Positions 46,219 to 56,244 of a stretch of DNA of 64,000 nucleotides are shown piece after piece; the stretch's first letter is position 1; each line of letters starts with the position of its first letter. The DNA is taken from positions 256,001-320,000 of the forward strand of contig CAWISW010000003.1 in assembly GCA_963838925.1 (NCBI GenBank). Reading direction: 5' to 3'. The notes below the pieces were generated by a model that did no database searches, was not told the DNA's origin, and was given only the letters and a program-made list of their open reading frames with translations. This stretch comes from an uncultured Nitrososphaerota archaeon. Its GTDB lineage: Archaea; Thermoproteota; Nitrososphaeria; Nitrososphaerales; Gagatemarchaeaceae. The position numbers and the translations under genes were made by a program.

Positions 46219-47160
46219 ATGAAGACCACGAAGGCCCTCCGGAAGAAGCTTGACAACTGGAAGCAGAAGCCGATCGTAGCCCCAGGAGTCCACGACCCGT
46301 ACTGCGCGAGGATCGCTGAGAAGCTGGGGTTCGACACTTTGTACATGGGGGGAGCCGCGACGTCCATGTCCAGGCTCGGGATGGCCGACTTCGGGCTTGC
46401 GACGGCGACTGAAGTCCAAGCGAACGCCAGGTACATCACCAGCGTTACGGACCTCCCTCTGATCGCTGACTCGGACAACGGATACGGGAACGCCCTGAAC
46501 ACCATGCGGACTGTCAAGGACTACATCCGGGCGGGAGTCGCCGGGATCCACATCGAGGACCAGGTCATCCCAAAGCGCTGCGGCCACCTCAAGGGGAAGG
46601 TCGTGGTCTCGCTCGAGGAGATGGTCGGCAAGATCAAGGCAGCGAAGGAGGTGATAAGGGAGGAGGACCCCGACTTCGTCCTCATCGCCCGAACGGACGC
46701 GAGAGGGGCGGTCGGCGGAGGGCTGGACGACGCGGTGGAGCGCCTGAAGGCCTACAGGCGGGCTGGCGCCGACCTGGTGTTCGCCGACGGGCTCCTGTCC
46801 AAGGCCGAGCTCGCGACGATATGCCGAGAGACGGCCGCCCCGACGGTCTTCCACCCGACCGCGATATCGCCGAGGCTCGGCGTGGAGGAGTGCCACGAGA
46901 TGGGCGTCGCGCTGATGATCTACCCATTCGCCTCGATACACGCGATGTCAGTCGCGGTGTGGGACTTCCTCGCTCAGCTGAAGAAGGAGGGCACCAGAGC
47001 GCAGGTAAGGTTCGAGCAGAGGAACAAGGACCACCCCCTAAGCGACCTCAGGAAGCTCTTCGACCTCGGCGGGCTCAAGGAGCTGCAGGCCTACGAGAGG
47101 AAGTTCATCCCCGCTGAGGAGGTCAGGACCAAGTACGGGAAGCAGACTGTCGGCCTCTAG
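46219..47160 (+). CDS. Isocitrate lyase/PEP mutase family (2-methylisocitrate lyase-like)
   Basis: DSDNGYG, IEDQ..PKRCGH, IARTDA. Confidence 0.88.
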   Translation: MKTTKALRKKLDNWKQKPIVAPGVHDPYCARIAEKLGFDTLYMGGAATSMSRLGMADFGLATATEVQANARYITSVTDLPLIADSDNGYGNALNTMRTVKDYIRAGVAGIHIEDQVIPKRCGHLKGKVVVSLEEMVGKIKAAKEVIREEDPDFVLIARTDARGAVGGGLDDAVERLKAYRRAGADLVFADGLLSKAELATICRETAAPTVFHPTAISPRLGVEECHEMGVALMIYPFASIHAMSVAVWDFLAQLKKEGTRAQVRFEQRNKDHPLSDLRKLFDLGGLKELQAYERKFIPAEEVRTKYGKQTVGL

Positions 47161-47718
47161 TCAGGGCTCGACCTGCGAGAGGACTTCCAGTAGCTTCGCA
47201 TCGTTGACCTGGCTCCTCGCGGAGGTCCAAAACTCCTTCGCCAACGAGGGGTCTCCTCGCTCGTGGGCGTACTCCCAGGCCTGTATCGCCATCTCGAGCT
47301 TGTCCACTTGGCGCACCAGACGCGCCTCAGGGGTCTTGCCGCCGACGTACTCGTGCCATGCCTCCAGATAGAGCGCTCTCAGCTCCTCCGAGAGCTCGCT
47401 CAACAGCTCCTCCATCGCCTTAGTCTCCACGTCGGTCTTTCGATTCCCGCTCCTCTCCTCTGGCATGGCGTCCCCGACGATCGCCTCAGGGAGGTCGTGG
47501 ATCAGCGCGAGCCTCAGAGCCTTCCCAGTGTCCAGTCCGAGCGAGTCGCTGAAGAGCATCGTGATGAGCGCGGTCCGATAGGAGTGGTCCGCCACGGACT
47601 CCGGCCGAGCCATCCCAAGTTTCTTCACCCAGCCTCTCCGCATCTCAGCCTTGAGCCGCCCGGACATCAAGAAGAACTGCAACAGGCTCCGGGAGTCGGC
47701 TTCGGGTCCAATGTCCAT
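47161..47718 (-). CDS. HD-domain 5'-deoxynucleotidase (HDDC2/YfbR-like)
   Basis: RRGW, ESVADHSY, IHDLPEA..GD, DKLE. Confidence 0.88.
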   Translation of the reverse strand: MDIGPEADSRSLLQFFLMSGRLKAEMRRGWVKKLGMARPESVADHSYRTALITMLFSDSLGLDTGKALRLALIHDLPEAIVGDAMPEERSGNRKTDVETKAMEELLSELSEELRALYLEAWHEYVGGKTPEARLVRQVDKLEMAIQAWEYAHERGDPSLAKEFWTSARSQVNDAKLLEVLSQVEP

Positions 47719-47755
47719 GCCCCGACCGCAACCCCGTGAGATAATAACACTCGCG

Positions 47756-48514
47756 TCAATATCCTGCCTTGACGAGCCCCGCGTAGTCGAAGACCATCAC
47801 GCCGTCGCTGTTGTCGAGCGCGTACTGGAACTGCTGGTCGTAGTCCTGACGGCTCGAGGTGGCGAAGACCCCGACGCTCGCGACTATCCCCGGGTGGATG
47901 TACTGGTCGTTTCCGGAGCCGTAGGTCTCGATGATTAGAAGGGTAGGTTTCAGAGGGAGCGTGGGGTCGGTGGTCGTGATCGCGGACCTTCCGGAGTACG
48001 CCGAGGAGAGGTCGTTGAAGAGGGTCGTCTGGGCGCTTATCGGCAAGGTAGACATGTCGAGGTTCACGCCGTCCTCGCCGTCCGCATAGATTGAGCTGGG
48101 GATCGTTTGCGTAGCGTTCGTGAAATAGAGGGCGAAATAGAACTTCAGGCCCGCGCCGTGGGCGGAGGCGACTAACTGGCTCAGCGAGCTGTCCGAAAAG
48201 AGCAACGTCCCAGACCTGTAGACCTGGAAGAATATCGTGTTGAAGCCGTGGGAGGTGGCCGTGCTCAACAGCTCACCGAAGTTCGACGAGTTCACCACCC
48301 CGTTCCCCTGGTTGACGTAGAGGATGATCGGCTTCGAGACCGTGATGGCCTGAGTCGTGGAGGCCTGTTGCGTCGTCGTCCTCGTCCCGCTGTGGCCTTG
48401 AGACGCCGCGGAGACGACCAGATACCCGACGATCGCGGCTGTCACGACCACCCCGACCAGGTAGTATCTCAATCGCGAGTTGGTCGGGCTCTTGCGGCCC
48501 TTTAGTCTGCTCAC
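47756..48514 (-). CDS. Membrane-anchored TIM-barrel/glycoside-hydrolase-like protein
   Basis: N-terminal TM helix, Thr linker, GFNTIFFQV, AH.AGLK, DGVNLD, GVMVFDY. Confidence 0.55.
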   Translation of the reverse strand: MSRLKGRKSPTNSRLRYYLVGVVVTAAIVGYLVVSAASQGHSGTRTTTQQASTTQAITVSKPIILYVNQGNGVVNSSNFGELLSTATSHGFNTIFFQVYRSGTLLFSDSSLSQLVASAHGAGLKFYFALYFTNATQTIPSSIYADGEDGVNLDMSTLPISAQTTLFNDLSSAYSGRSAITTTDPTLPLKPTLLIIETYGSGNDQYIHPGIVASVGVFATSSRQDYDQQFQYALDNSDGVMVFDYAGLVKAGY

Positions 48515-48578
48515 CTTCGGTCCTCCTCCTCTCGTCCGAGGGTAAGTTATTAACCCGAAACTCGGACCATTCCACGCG

Positions 48579-49382
48579 TTGATCGTAGCGGTGATTGGGG
48601 CTGGCAAGATAGGCGAGGCCGTCGCCAACTCGATCGCAAAGTCGAGACAGGTCACCAAGGTGATAATGACCAAGAGGAACGTCTCGACCCTGCCGCGCTC
48701 GCGGACGCCCAAGGTCGCGGTGACCGCGGACAACCGAGAGGCCGCGAAGAAGGCGGACCTCGTCCTGATAGCGGTCAAGGCCGGGGACGCGAAGCAGGTG
48801 CTCGGCGAGATCTCGCAGTTCACCGCCGGCAAGATAGTCATATCGCTGATGGCCGCGATCACCATCGAGAGGCTCGAGAGGGCGCTGCCCAGGGCGAAGG
48901 TGGTCAGATCCATGCCGAACATCGCGGCCATAATCGGAGAGGCGATCACCGCCTACTCGCTAGGGGGCAAGGTCACACCCGCCGACGAGGCCACTGTCCA
49001 GCTCATCCTCGGAAGCTTCGGGGACTACGTCAAGGTTCCAGAGTCGCTGCTGAACCCCATCACCGCGCTCAGCGGAAGCGGCCCCGCCTACATCGCGGTC
49101 GTGATAGAGGCGATGGTGAGCGCGGGCCTCAAGGTCGGGATACCGAGGGACATCTCCCTCAAGCTGGTCACGAAGACTCTCACCGGGACAGCCGACCTCC
49201 TGAGCGTGAAGAAGATGCACCCCGCGGAGCTTCGCGACACCGTGACGACCCCCGCAGGGACGACCATCGCCGGGATCTACGAGCTCGAGAGGGGCTCGCT
49301 GAGGACGAGCATGATGAACGCGGTGGAGGCTGCCACCATGGCCGCCGAAAAGGTCGCCAAGAAGTTCGAGACGGACGCCTAG
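48579..49382 (+). CDS. proC: Pyrroline-5-carboxylate reductase
   Basis: GAGKIG, MPN, ALSGSGPAY, TPAGTT. Confidence 0.95.
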   Translation: MIVAVIGAGKIGEAVANSIAKSRQVTKVIMTKRNVSTLPRSRTPKVAVTADNREAAKKADLVLIAVKAGDAKQVLGEISQFTAGKIVISLMAAITIERLERALPRAKVVRSMPNIAAIIGEAITAYSLGGKVTPADEATVQLILGSFGDYVKVPESLLNPITALSGSGPAYIAVVIEAMVSAGLKVGIPRDISLKLVTKTLTGTADLLSVKKMHPAELRDTVTTPAGTTIAGIYELERGSLRTSMMNAVEAATMAAEKVAKKFETDA

Positions 49383-49489
49383 CGCTCCTCTGCCGCGCCA
49401 GCGTGACGCCCCCGGACCGGGGAGTTCATTCAAGGGTGAAGACAAATTCACACGCCCCAAAATAGGGCTAGAATTGCCCCCGAACCAAG

Positions 49490-50131
49490 ATGTCACAATT
49501 TACAAGCAACTGGGACAAGAAGAAGTCCGCGGGGCTGGGGGAGAGGCTGAGGAACACCTTCAACAACCCTGGACCGCTGAAGCCGCGGCTCGACGCGGTG
49601 ATGCGCCAGATACAGATTGTCATGGCGAAGCTTGACACCTCGATGGCGAAGATCCGCGACAGGGACGCTTCGCTCTTCGCGAAGACGGTGGCCGCCGTGC
49701 AGAAGCACGAGAACCAGAGGGCGTCCATGTTCGCCAACGAGCTCGCCGAGGTCAGAAGGGTCGGGAAGATGGTCACGCAGTCCAGACTTGCGCTTGAACA
49801 GGTAGTACTGAGGCTGAACACGATAACCGAGCTGGGCGACGTCGTCACCACCCTGGCGCCAGCCACCTCGATAGTGAGGAACGTGAAGCAGGACATAGCG
49901 GGCGTGATGCCGGACGCCGAGGGAGAGATGGGAGAGGTCTCCAGCCTTCTGAGCGGGATACTGGTGGACGCAGGCTCGATGGGTGGCTACACCATGAACT
50001 TCGAGACCGCCAACGAGGAGGCCGACAGGGCCCTCTCAGAGGCGGCCGCCGTCGCCGAGAGCAGGATGAAGGAGAAGTTCCCGGACATCCCCCAGTCCGT
50101 CGCGGCACCGGAAGAGTTCGAGGCGGCCTAG
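49490..50131 (+). CDS. ESCRT-III/Snf7 (CdvB paralogue)
   Basis: Coiled coil with A...ANELAEVR, LALEQV.LRL.T..ELGD, EA...L.EA, KFPD.P. Confidence 0.88.
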   Translation: MSQFTSNWDKKKSAGLGERLRNTFNNPGPLKPRLDAVMRQIQIVMAKLDTSMAKIRDRDASLFAKTVAAVQKHENQRASMFANELAEVRRVGKMVTQSRLALEQVVLRLNTITELGDVVTTLAPATSIVRNVKQDIAGVMPDAEGEMGEVSSLLSGILVDAGSMGGYTMNFETANEEADRALSEAAAVAESRMKEKFPDIPQSVAAPEEFEAA

Positions 50132-50215
50132 GCACACCCGCGAGCCCCGCGTTCGCCCTCGACCGTCCTGTTCAATAGGAGCGAGGCAATAGCCTTCTTG
50201 AGAGGAACGGGGGAG

Positions 50216-50785
50216 TTGCCATTCTGCGCGAAGTGCGGGGCCGAAATCCCCGCGGGTGCCGGGCTCTGCCCGTCCTGTGGCGCCCCCGCCAGCGCGACGG
50301 GAGCTCCGCAGGTCCCCATCAGCGGGATCAGCACGCTCACGAAGGACGTAACGGCGCAGGAGTACTGGGTGAAGAGGCTCTTCGCCTACGTCATCGACGC
50401 GATAGTCGTCTACGCGACCATCGGGATTGTGGTGGCCGCGACCGTCCTCCCCGCCTTTTTGGCTGGCGTCTTCGTGCCTGGCTACTCGCCGCCGGTTTCA
50501 CTCTTCGGGACGTTCTTCGGCACGTTCGCTGGCGTTCTCTTCCTGCTCTACTTCACGCTGGCGGAGGCGACCTACGGCAAGACACTCGGGAAGAGGATCA
50601 TGGGCCTCAAGGTGACCACAACGAGCGGGGGCATGCCCTCCCTCGGCACCTCGCTCTTGAGGAACATCAGCAAGATCTACTGGGTCCTCCTACTTCTCGA
50701 CGTGATTTTGGGCTTGGCACTTGAACCTGGATACACGAAGAAGTTTAGCGACAGGTACCTGGGGACGAGCGTGACCCAATCGTGA
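50216..50785 (+). CDS. RDD family membrane protein with N-terminal zinc ribbon
   Basis: FCAKCG..CPSCG; RLFAYVID, G.TLGK..MGLKV, RN, D. Confidence 0.85.
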   Translation: MPFCAKCGAEIPAGAGLCPSCGAPASATGAPQVPISGISTLTKDVTAQEYWVKRLFAYVIDAIVVYATIGIVVAATVLPAFLAGVFVPGYSPPVSLFGTFFGTFAGVLFLLYFTLAEATYGKTLGKRIMGLKVTTTSGGMPSLGTSLLRNISKIYWVLLLLDVILGLALEPGYTKKFSDRYLGTSVTQS

Positions 50786-50880
50786 GCGTAAACCGCGCGT
50801 TCTGCAGGGGAGAACGCCCGTTCTAGGCAGTAGCATAATCTAGACTCGCCACCGATGCTCCAGCAGGAAGCAAGATTACC

Positions 50881-52098
50881 ATGCAAACAACGCAAACTAC
50901 CCGACGGCCGAATGTCGCGGCAACCGTGATGTCGGCGTCTGTCATCGCCCTGTTCCTGTTGGGCGTCTCTTCGCTGCCCCAGTCGCTTGCAGCGACCTCG
51001 ACCAGCGCCGGCTCGACTGTTACCTTGTACCAAGTGCAGCTCTCGGTCCAGACGAAGAGCATATCCCCAGTAAGCTCCTACGACCTGGTCGCCTTCAACT
51101 CCACAGGAAGCGGAGTCGCCTCTTACACCGGTCAGTACCCGCGAGTGACCTTCGACCTCCCTGCTGGGACGTACCTCTTTGCGGCAACAGCCACCGGGCC
51201 TAGCTCCAGCCAGTCCCCCGTCTGCTGCGTCTGCGCGGGTTCAGGCACTGCGAGCCCTCCCGCGAAGACCGCCCAATCTAACGGCTCAAGCTCCGCGGCG
51301 TCAACAGCGATAGCGTACCCGTGCTACTTCGGCAACCCGCCCGAAGAGTACGGCTATTCCCTAACCCAGATCAGCGGCGCCGCCACCCTGGTCATCGCTA
51401 CCGCCCCTCCGTCGGGCATCCCGACCGCCAACGTCTCGGTCAGCGTGAGCTTCAAGAACGGCACCGCAGTCTCGGACGCGTACGTCTACGCCAGCGTGGT
51501 GGGGGCGGACTGGTACTGGGGCGGCGACTCGAACGTGACGATGGGCGCCCAGACATCAGCGAACGGGGTGGCACAACTCGTCGTCCCCGAGGTGCCGCTC
51601 GTCGTGACAGCATCCGACTCTGTCCAGGTGAGCCTCCCGGGGACCCAGACGACCGAGCAGGTGAACGTGGGCGGCCAGCTCGTGAACGTCACGCTCTACT
51701 ACAGCCCCAACTACGTGTACGAGACGGCCACAGCGCTCCTCGTCCCGCCCAAGACGAGCCTCAGCATGGTAGTGACGGCGCAGCCCAACAACCAGCTCAT
51801 CCCGTACGCGGTCAGCTCGTCGTCCTCGGGACAGACAGGTTCTGGTCCACTGACGGCGTCCACGCCTGCGCAGACGGCGACGCAGGGGGCCGCCGCGACG
51901 CTGAGCAGCACGACGTCGAGCTCAACAATCCAGACCTCCTCCATCCCGCCCATCCCAGCCTCTGACATCGCAGCCGCTGCCTCGTCGCATCCGTCCTCGA
52001 GCGCACCCGGAATCAGCGTCCTGGCCGTCGGCGCAATCGCCGTGCTGGCCATCATAGCGGCGATAGTCGGAATCGCCATCGCCAAGAGGAAGCGCTAG
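50881..52098 (+). CDS. Secreted Ser/Thr-rich surface protein with C-terminal TM anchor
   Basis: Signal peptide, S/T linker, TM helix followed by KRKR. Confidence 0.75.
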   Translation: MQTTQTTRRPNVAATVMSASVIALFLLGVSSLPQSLAATSTSAGSTVTLYQVQLSVQTKSISPVSSYDLVAFNSTGSGVASYTGQYPRVTFDLPAGTYLFAATATGPSSSQSPVCCVCAGSGTASPPAKTAQSNGSSSAASTAIAYPCYFGNPPEEYGYSLTQISGAATLVIATAPPSGIPTANVSVSVSFKNGTAVSDAYVYASVVGADWYWGGDSNVTMGAQTSANGVAQLVVPEVPLVVTASDSVQVSLPGTQTTEQVNVGGQLVNVTLYYSPNYVYETATALLVPPKTSLSMVVTAQPNNQLIPYAVSSSSSGQTGSGPLTASTPAQTATQGAAATLSSTTSSSTIQTSSIPPIPASDIAAAASSHPSSSAPGISVLAVGAIAVLAIIAAIVGIAIAKRKR

Positions 52099-52164
52099 GC
52101 GACCAAGGCGAGGCACGCCAGAGCTGAGCCTCGTCGCAGGCCCAGCCTTTTCTATCGTTTAGGA

Positions 52165-52971
52165 GTGGAGGAGCGCGTGGACTGGGCGAAGAACGTATTC
52201 GTGAGGAACGCAAAGCTCTACCAGCTGGTCCTCGAAGGGATGTGGGAGAGGGGCGAAGAGGACGCGGTGGCCATCTCGTCGTACCTCGCCGAAGAGGGGC
52301 GCAATGGCTGCAGGATTCTCGACGTCCCCTGCGGAATCGGAAGGGTGGGGATACCCCTCGCCAGGCTGGGCTTCGAGGTCACCGGGGTCGACCTCTCGCC
52401 CCACCTGATAGGTGTCGCCACCAAGAAGGCCATCGATTTCAAGGTGGCTCCCGGACGAGCGAGGTTCCTAGTCGCAGACATGCGCGACCTCGCCTCCAAG
52501 CTCGCTCCGGGAGGTTTCGACGCGGTCCTGAACGTGTTCACGAGCATCGGGTACGGCTCGGAGGAGGACGACCTGAGGTTCTTCCGCGACGCGCGCGCGG
52601 TCACGAAGAAGGGGGGCCTGCTAGTCATTTCAGGGCTCCGAAACAGGGACTACATAGCGCGGAACCCGTCCCAGAACGTGTACGAGGAGAGCGCCAGGCT
52701 CCTGGTGCTGGACACGTACAGCTTCGACTCGGAGCGGTCGCGCGAGAGGGGGGTGTGGAGGTTCTACCTGAAGAAAGGGGGGAAGAGAGAAGCGGTGCTC
52801 AAGTTCGCGGGCGAGTTCCCCATCGACATACGCGTCTACTCGCCCCACGAGCTCACATCGAGGCTGGAGGCGACGGGTTGGAGGGTGCGGGATACATACG
52901 ACTCTTTCACCACGAGGCGCCCATACAGGCCGGACAGCCCCGTCTACGCGCTGGTTGCCAAGGCAGTGTGA
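52165..52971 (+). CDS. Class I SAM-dependent methyltransferase
   Basis: ILDVPCGIGR, GVDLS, DMR, FTSIGY. Confidence 0.88.
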   Translation: MEERVDWAKNVFVRNAKLYQLVLEGMWERGEEDAVAISSYLAEEGRNGCRILDVPCGIGRVGIPLARLGFEVTGVDLSPHLIGVATKKAIDFKVAPGRARFLVADMRDLASKLAPGGFDAVLNVFTSIGYGSEEDDLRFFRDARAVTKKGGLLVISGLRNRDYIARNPSQNVYEESARLLVLDTYSFDSERSRERGVWRFYLKKGGKREAVLKFAGEFPIDIRVYSPHELTSRLEATGWRVRDTYDSFTTRRPYRPDSPVYALVAKAV

Positions 52972-53207
52972 CCCACGAGCAGCAGCTTCTCGCTCCTCTT
53001 CATCGCCTTGATGGCTCGTTCCCTACGGAGTGCCGCCGACCTGCTCACCAGCTCCTCCCTGTAGACAAGGGTGACCGGAAGCCTCGACCGGGTAAACTTG
53101 CTGCCTGTGCCTGAGTTGTGCTCCCGGACCCTCCTCTGGATGTCAGTGGTGCACCCGGTGTAGAGTTCGCCAGTCCTACACCTCAATACGTAGACTAGCC
53201 AGCCCAA
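52944..53207 (-). CDS. GIY-YIG nuclease (UPF0213)
   Basis: VYVLRC..LYTG.TTD..RR..EHN.G, A.RRE..IK. Confidence 0.9.
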   Translation of the reverse strand: MGWLVYVLRCRTGELYTGCTTDIQRRVREHNSGTGSKFTRSRLPVTLVYREELVSRSAALRRERAIKAMKRSEKLLLVGHTALATSA

Positions 53208-53259
53208 AGTGCCCGAGACGGCCTCCGCAGGAGGAGAGATATCTCCCTTGCGCGGGGCT

Positions 53260-53778
53260 CTATCTGACCTCGTATTCTTCGGCCTTTGGTATGCCGTCGA
53301 CTGCCTTCTTCAGTTCGGCGTCAAAGATGTAGAAGAGCGAGTGGCCGACCCTGGAGTCGTTGTTGACCCCGTGGTCCAGGCTGACCTTGATCCTCCGCGT
53401 AAGTGCTACGAAGAGAAGCTCGCCCACCCTGAGCTGCGGGTGCTCGTTCGAGGCCTTTGCTATCGCCGCCAAGAGGTCCCTTCGTTCCTGGTCTGCCATC
53501 GACGCCTCCATGAGGTGCTTCTCGACCACCTCCTCCCTGCTCCGTTTTGCTTCGGGGGTAATCTTCGCCTCTGACCCGTGCATCACCTCGACGATGCCCT
53601 TCGAGGACCTAATAGTCTCGGAGAGGACCCTTTCGCCGCACTCGATGCAGGTGCCTATGCGATACTCTTTGTACTCGCGGCCGAACTGCGTCTCCCGCGC
53701 GATGTCCTTGATTGGCTCTTTGTCCCACGCGATCTTGCCGTGGAACCCCAGTCTGCACTTCAGAGGCCTGGCGGCCAT
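53260..53778 (-). CDS. Hypothetical protein with N-terminal C...H...CxxC Zn motif
   Basis: KCRLGFH...CIECG, DUF1660-like pattern. Confidence 0.55.
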   Translation of the reverse strand: MAARPLKCRLGFHGKIAWDKEPIKDIARETQFGREYKEYRIGTCIECGERVLSETIRSSKGIVEVMHGSEAKITPEAKRSREEVVEKHLMEASMADQERRDLLAAIAKASNEHPQLRVGELLFVALTRRIKVSLDHGVNNDSRVGHSLFYIFDAELKKAVDGIPKAEEYEVR

Positions 53779-53933
53779 CTACATCCCAGTGGATATTCGA
53801 TGTTTCTAAAAAAGATATCGCAGGCTCTGAGAACGAGAGCCTCGTAAACCTATAAATGGCCGCCGCCGCCATTGGACTCCACCCACAGAGAGGATCGACC
53901 CTGTACAAGCAACCCAAGAACGACTCCAAGGAG

Positions 53934-54071
53934 ATGAAGTGCCCGAAGTGCGGCAAGGCGTCACTCAAGAGGAAGGAAACCGGAGTCGTCTGCAACTTCT
54001 GCGGGTACGTCCTCTCTCCGGGAGAGGAGACAAGGTTCAGGCTTTACGAGCTGCTCAAGCAGCCTTCTTGA
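53934..54071 (+). CDS. Small Zn-ribbon protein
   Basis: MKCPKCG...VCNFCGY; AGGAG just before the ATG. Confidence 0.7.
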   Translation: MKCPKCGKASLKRKETGVVCNFCGYVLSPGEETRFRLYELLKQPS

Positions 54072-54498
54072 CGTAGATCTGGTGCACGGTCCTCATACAG
54101 GCGTCCATGACGTACTGGATCCCACTCTGGTCCAGTATGCGCTTGGCCTCCTCGCTCTCCAAGCCTTGCTGGGCCCAGAACACGAAGGGCCGCCCGAACC
54201 TCTTCTTCAATTCGGCAGCCTGGAGGGCGACCTGCGGCAGCTCCTCGCTCGGCCTGAACACCTCGACAACGTCGACAGCCATGGCGACCTCTTCGGGCAG
54301 CTCGAGCAGGCTCGGATACGCCTTCTCGCCCATTATCTCCGTCGCAGTCGGATTGACAGGGATTATGCGGTAGCCTTGCTCCTTGAGGTACCGGGGGACC
54401 GTGTACGCCTCCTTCTCGGGGCTCTTCGACGCACCCACCACGGCGATGGTCCTCCACTTCTCCAGGACCTCGACCGGCGAGACGTTGCCTTCGACCAA
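54055..54498 (-). CDS. CoA-binding protein (YccU-like)
   Basis: IAVVGAS, GYRIIPVNP, AYPSL, VFRP, WAQQG, MDAC. Confidence 0.9.
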   Translation of the reverse strand: MVEGNVSPVEVLEKWRTIAVVGASKSPEKEAYTVPRYLKEQGYRIIPVNPTATEIMGEKAYPSLLELPEEVAMAVDVVEVFRPSEELPQVALQAAELKKRFGRPFVFWAQQGLESEEAKRILDQSGIQYVMDACMRTVHQIYVKKAA

Positions 54499-54542
54499 GC
54501 CGCTGGCTCGGCGAGAGGCGCGGCCTATGACGTTTGCGGTGG

Positions 54543-55640
54543 CTACTTCGTTATCAGGGTGAGCACGTCTTCGTCCATCAGCGCGTGGTTTATCCCGACC
54601 CGCTGCCCGTCGAACTTGACGCTCTTCCCCCAGATCAGCGCATAGCGGAAGTCGTCCTTGATCTTCCTGTGGACCTTGTCGCACACCTCGAGCACCGTCG
54701 AGCCGTTCCTCACTATCATGGGCTCCTTGTAGTCGGTCTCGCCGCTCCGCCTGCGCATGTAGATCCTGATGAAGTCCAGCCTCCGATACATCTCCTGCTT
54801 CAGCGCCTCGATGTTCAGGTTGCTCTCCGCCGAGATGGGGACGAACTTGTACTGGAGCTTGTCCATCAGCTCGTTGGTGAAGCCCGCGTTGACGAGGTCG
54901 ATCTTGTTCATGACCGTCAACGAGGGGATGTAGACCCTGGTGCCGAGGATCACGTCTATGAGCTGCTCGTCGGTGATGTCTTGGCGGAGGACTACGCGCG
55001 CGCTGTTCATCCCGTAGACCCTGAGGATGTCCTTCACGGTCTCCACCGTCATCTTTGTGAGCTTAACCTGCGATACCACCGATATCCCACCGGTGGTGGT
55101 CGTCTCAATCACGACGTTCGGCGGGTCCTCGTCCACGCGGATCCCCGTCATCCTGAGCTCCTTCTCGAGGAGGGAGCGGGCCTCGGGCTGGAAGACGTCT
55201 ATGACGAACATGATGAGGTCCGCGTTGCGCGCCACGGCGAGCACTCTCTTGCCCAGGCCCCTCCCTGAGGAGGCGCCCTGGATGATTCCGGGGAGGTCGA
55301 GTACCTGTATCCTCGCTCCGTTGTAGTCCATGACACCGGGCACGACGTCGAGCGTCGTGAACTCGTAGGCCGCGACCTTTGACTTCGCGTTGGTCAGCGC
55401 GTTGAGCAGCGTCGACTTTCCCACGCTTGGAAGGCCTATGAAGACGACGGTCCCGTCTCCCGACTTTTTTACGTCGAACCCGATGGTGCTCCCCGAGCGC
55501 CTCGCCTGCTGCTCCTCCTGCTCCATCTTGAGCTTCGAGAGCTTCGCCCTGAGGACTCCGATGTGCCGCTCGGTGTGCTTGTTGATCTGTGTCTTCAGGA
55601 GGTCCTCTTCGATCTTCTTTATCTTCTCAGGAACGCCCAA
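54543..55640 (-). CDS. DRG/Rbg1 GTPase with TGS domain
   Basis: GLPSVGKSTL, YEFTT, DLPGII, NKID, WGKSVKF.GQRVG. Confidence 0.95.
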   Translation of the reverse strand: MGVPEKIKKIEEDLLKTQINKHTERHIGVLRAKLSKLKMEQEEQQARRSGSTIGFDVKKSGDGTVVFIGLPSVGKSTLLNALTNAKSKVAAYEFTTLDVVPGVMDYNGARIQVLDLPGIIQGASSGRGLGKRVLAVARNADLIMFVIDVFQPEARSLLEKELRMTGIRVDEDPPNVVIETTTTGGISVVSQVKLTKMTVETVKDILRVYGMNSARVVLRQDITDEQLIDVILGTRVYIPSLTVMNKIDLVNAGFTNELMDKLQYKFVPISAESNLNIEALKQEMYRRLDFIRIYMRRRSGETDYKEPMIVRNGSTVLEVCDKVHRKIKDDFRYALIWGKSVKFDGQRVGINHALMDEDVLTLITK

Positions 55641-55737
55641 CTAGACCTCTACCATCCGACCCGACTTGGCTGACAGACAACAAGGAGTGACTTAAAGGTT
55701 CGAACCCGGGACGCCTGTCGAGCGGGCTCGCTAGACA

Positions 55738-55896
55738 TTGAACTGTGAGAGGTGCCGTGCAGGGCAGATGGTCGAGTACGAGAGGAAGATCCTAGCGGGC
55801 GGCAAGGAGGCGCGCCTGACAGGGAGGAAGTGCGACCGGTGCGGGTACACCCAGCTCGACAGCGACGACGACGTCTGGTCAGCCGTGGGGCTCTAG
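55738..55896 (+). CDS. 52-aa YgiT-type zinc finger protein, not in ORF track
   Basis: TTG start, MNCERCRAGQM...KCDRCGY...*; CTTAAA box at ~55691. Confidence 0.7.
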   Translation: MNCERCRAGQMVEYERKILAGGKEARLTGRKCDRCGYTQLDSDDDVWSAVGL

Positions 55897-55943
55897 CGGA
55901 CGCAACCAAAACCTCATTAATCGACGGCCCCCACATCTAGTCA

Positions 55944-56222
55944 TTGGCCAAGAGAGCCTTCACCATCGACACGGGCAAGGAGCAGATAGAGGTCGAGGGT
56001 CACGAGCACCGCAACGTCGCGGTGAAGTACCTCATGAAGAGGAGGAGGAGCCTGCTCTCGACGAAAGACCCAGCGAAGGTGGAGAGGATGTTCGGAGAGC
56101 TCCCCAGCGAAGTGAAGATCATCGGAAAGCAGCTCACCAAGGCCTACAAGGTGTCGTGGGAGAAGGAGGGGACGGGCGAGTTCGTGGGCGCCAGGTTCAC
56201 CTTCGACATCACCGAGGTCTGA
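55944..56222 (+). CDS. Small hypothetical protein
   Basis: Clean ORF with strong codon bias; H.NVAVKYLMKRRRSLL. Confidence 0.75.
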   Translation: MAKRAFTIDTGKEQIEVEGHEHRNVAVKYLMKRRRSLLSTKDPAKVERMFGELPSEVKIIGKQLTKAYKVSWEKEGTGEFVGARFTFDITEV

Positions 56223-56244
56223 AAGAGACGTAGCGTGCAGGGAC

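Noticed and set aside
55697-55712. GGTTCGAACCCGGG resembles a tRNA T-arm or att remnant
   Set aside because: No cloverleaf, does not match the tRNAs here, and lies between a TATA box and a small gene
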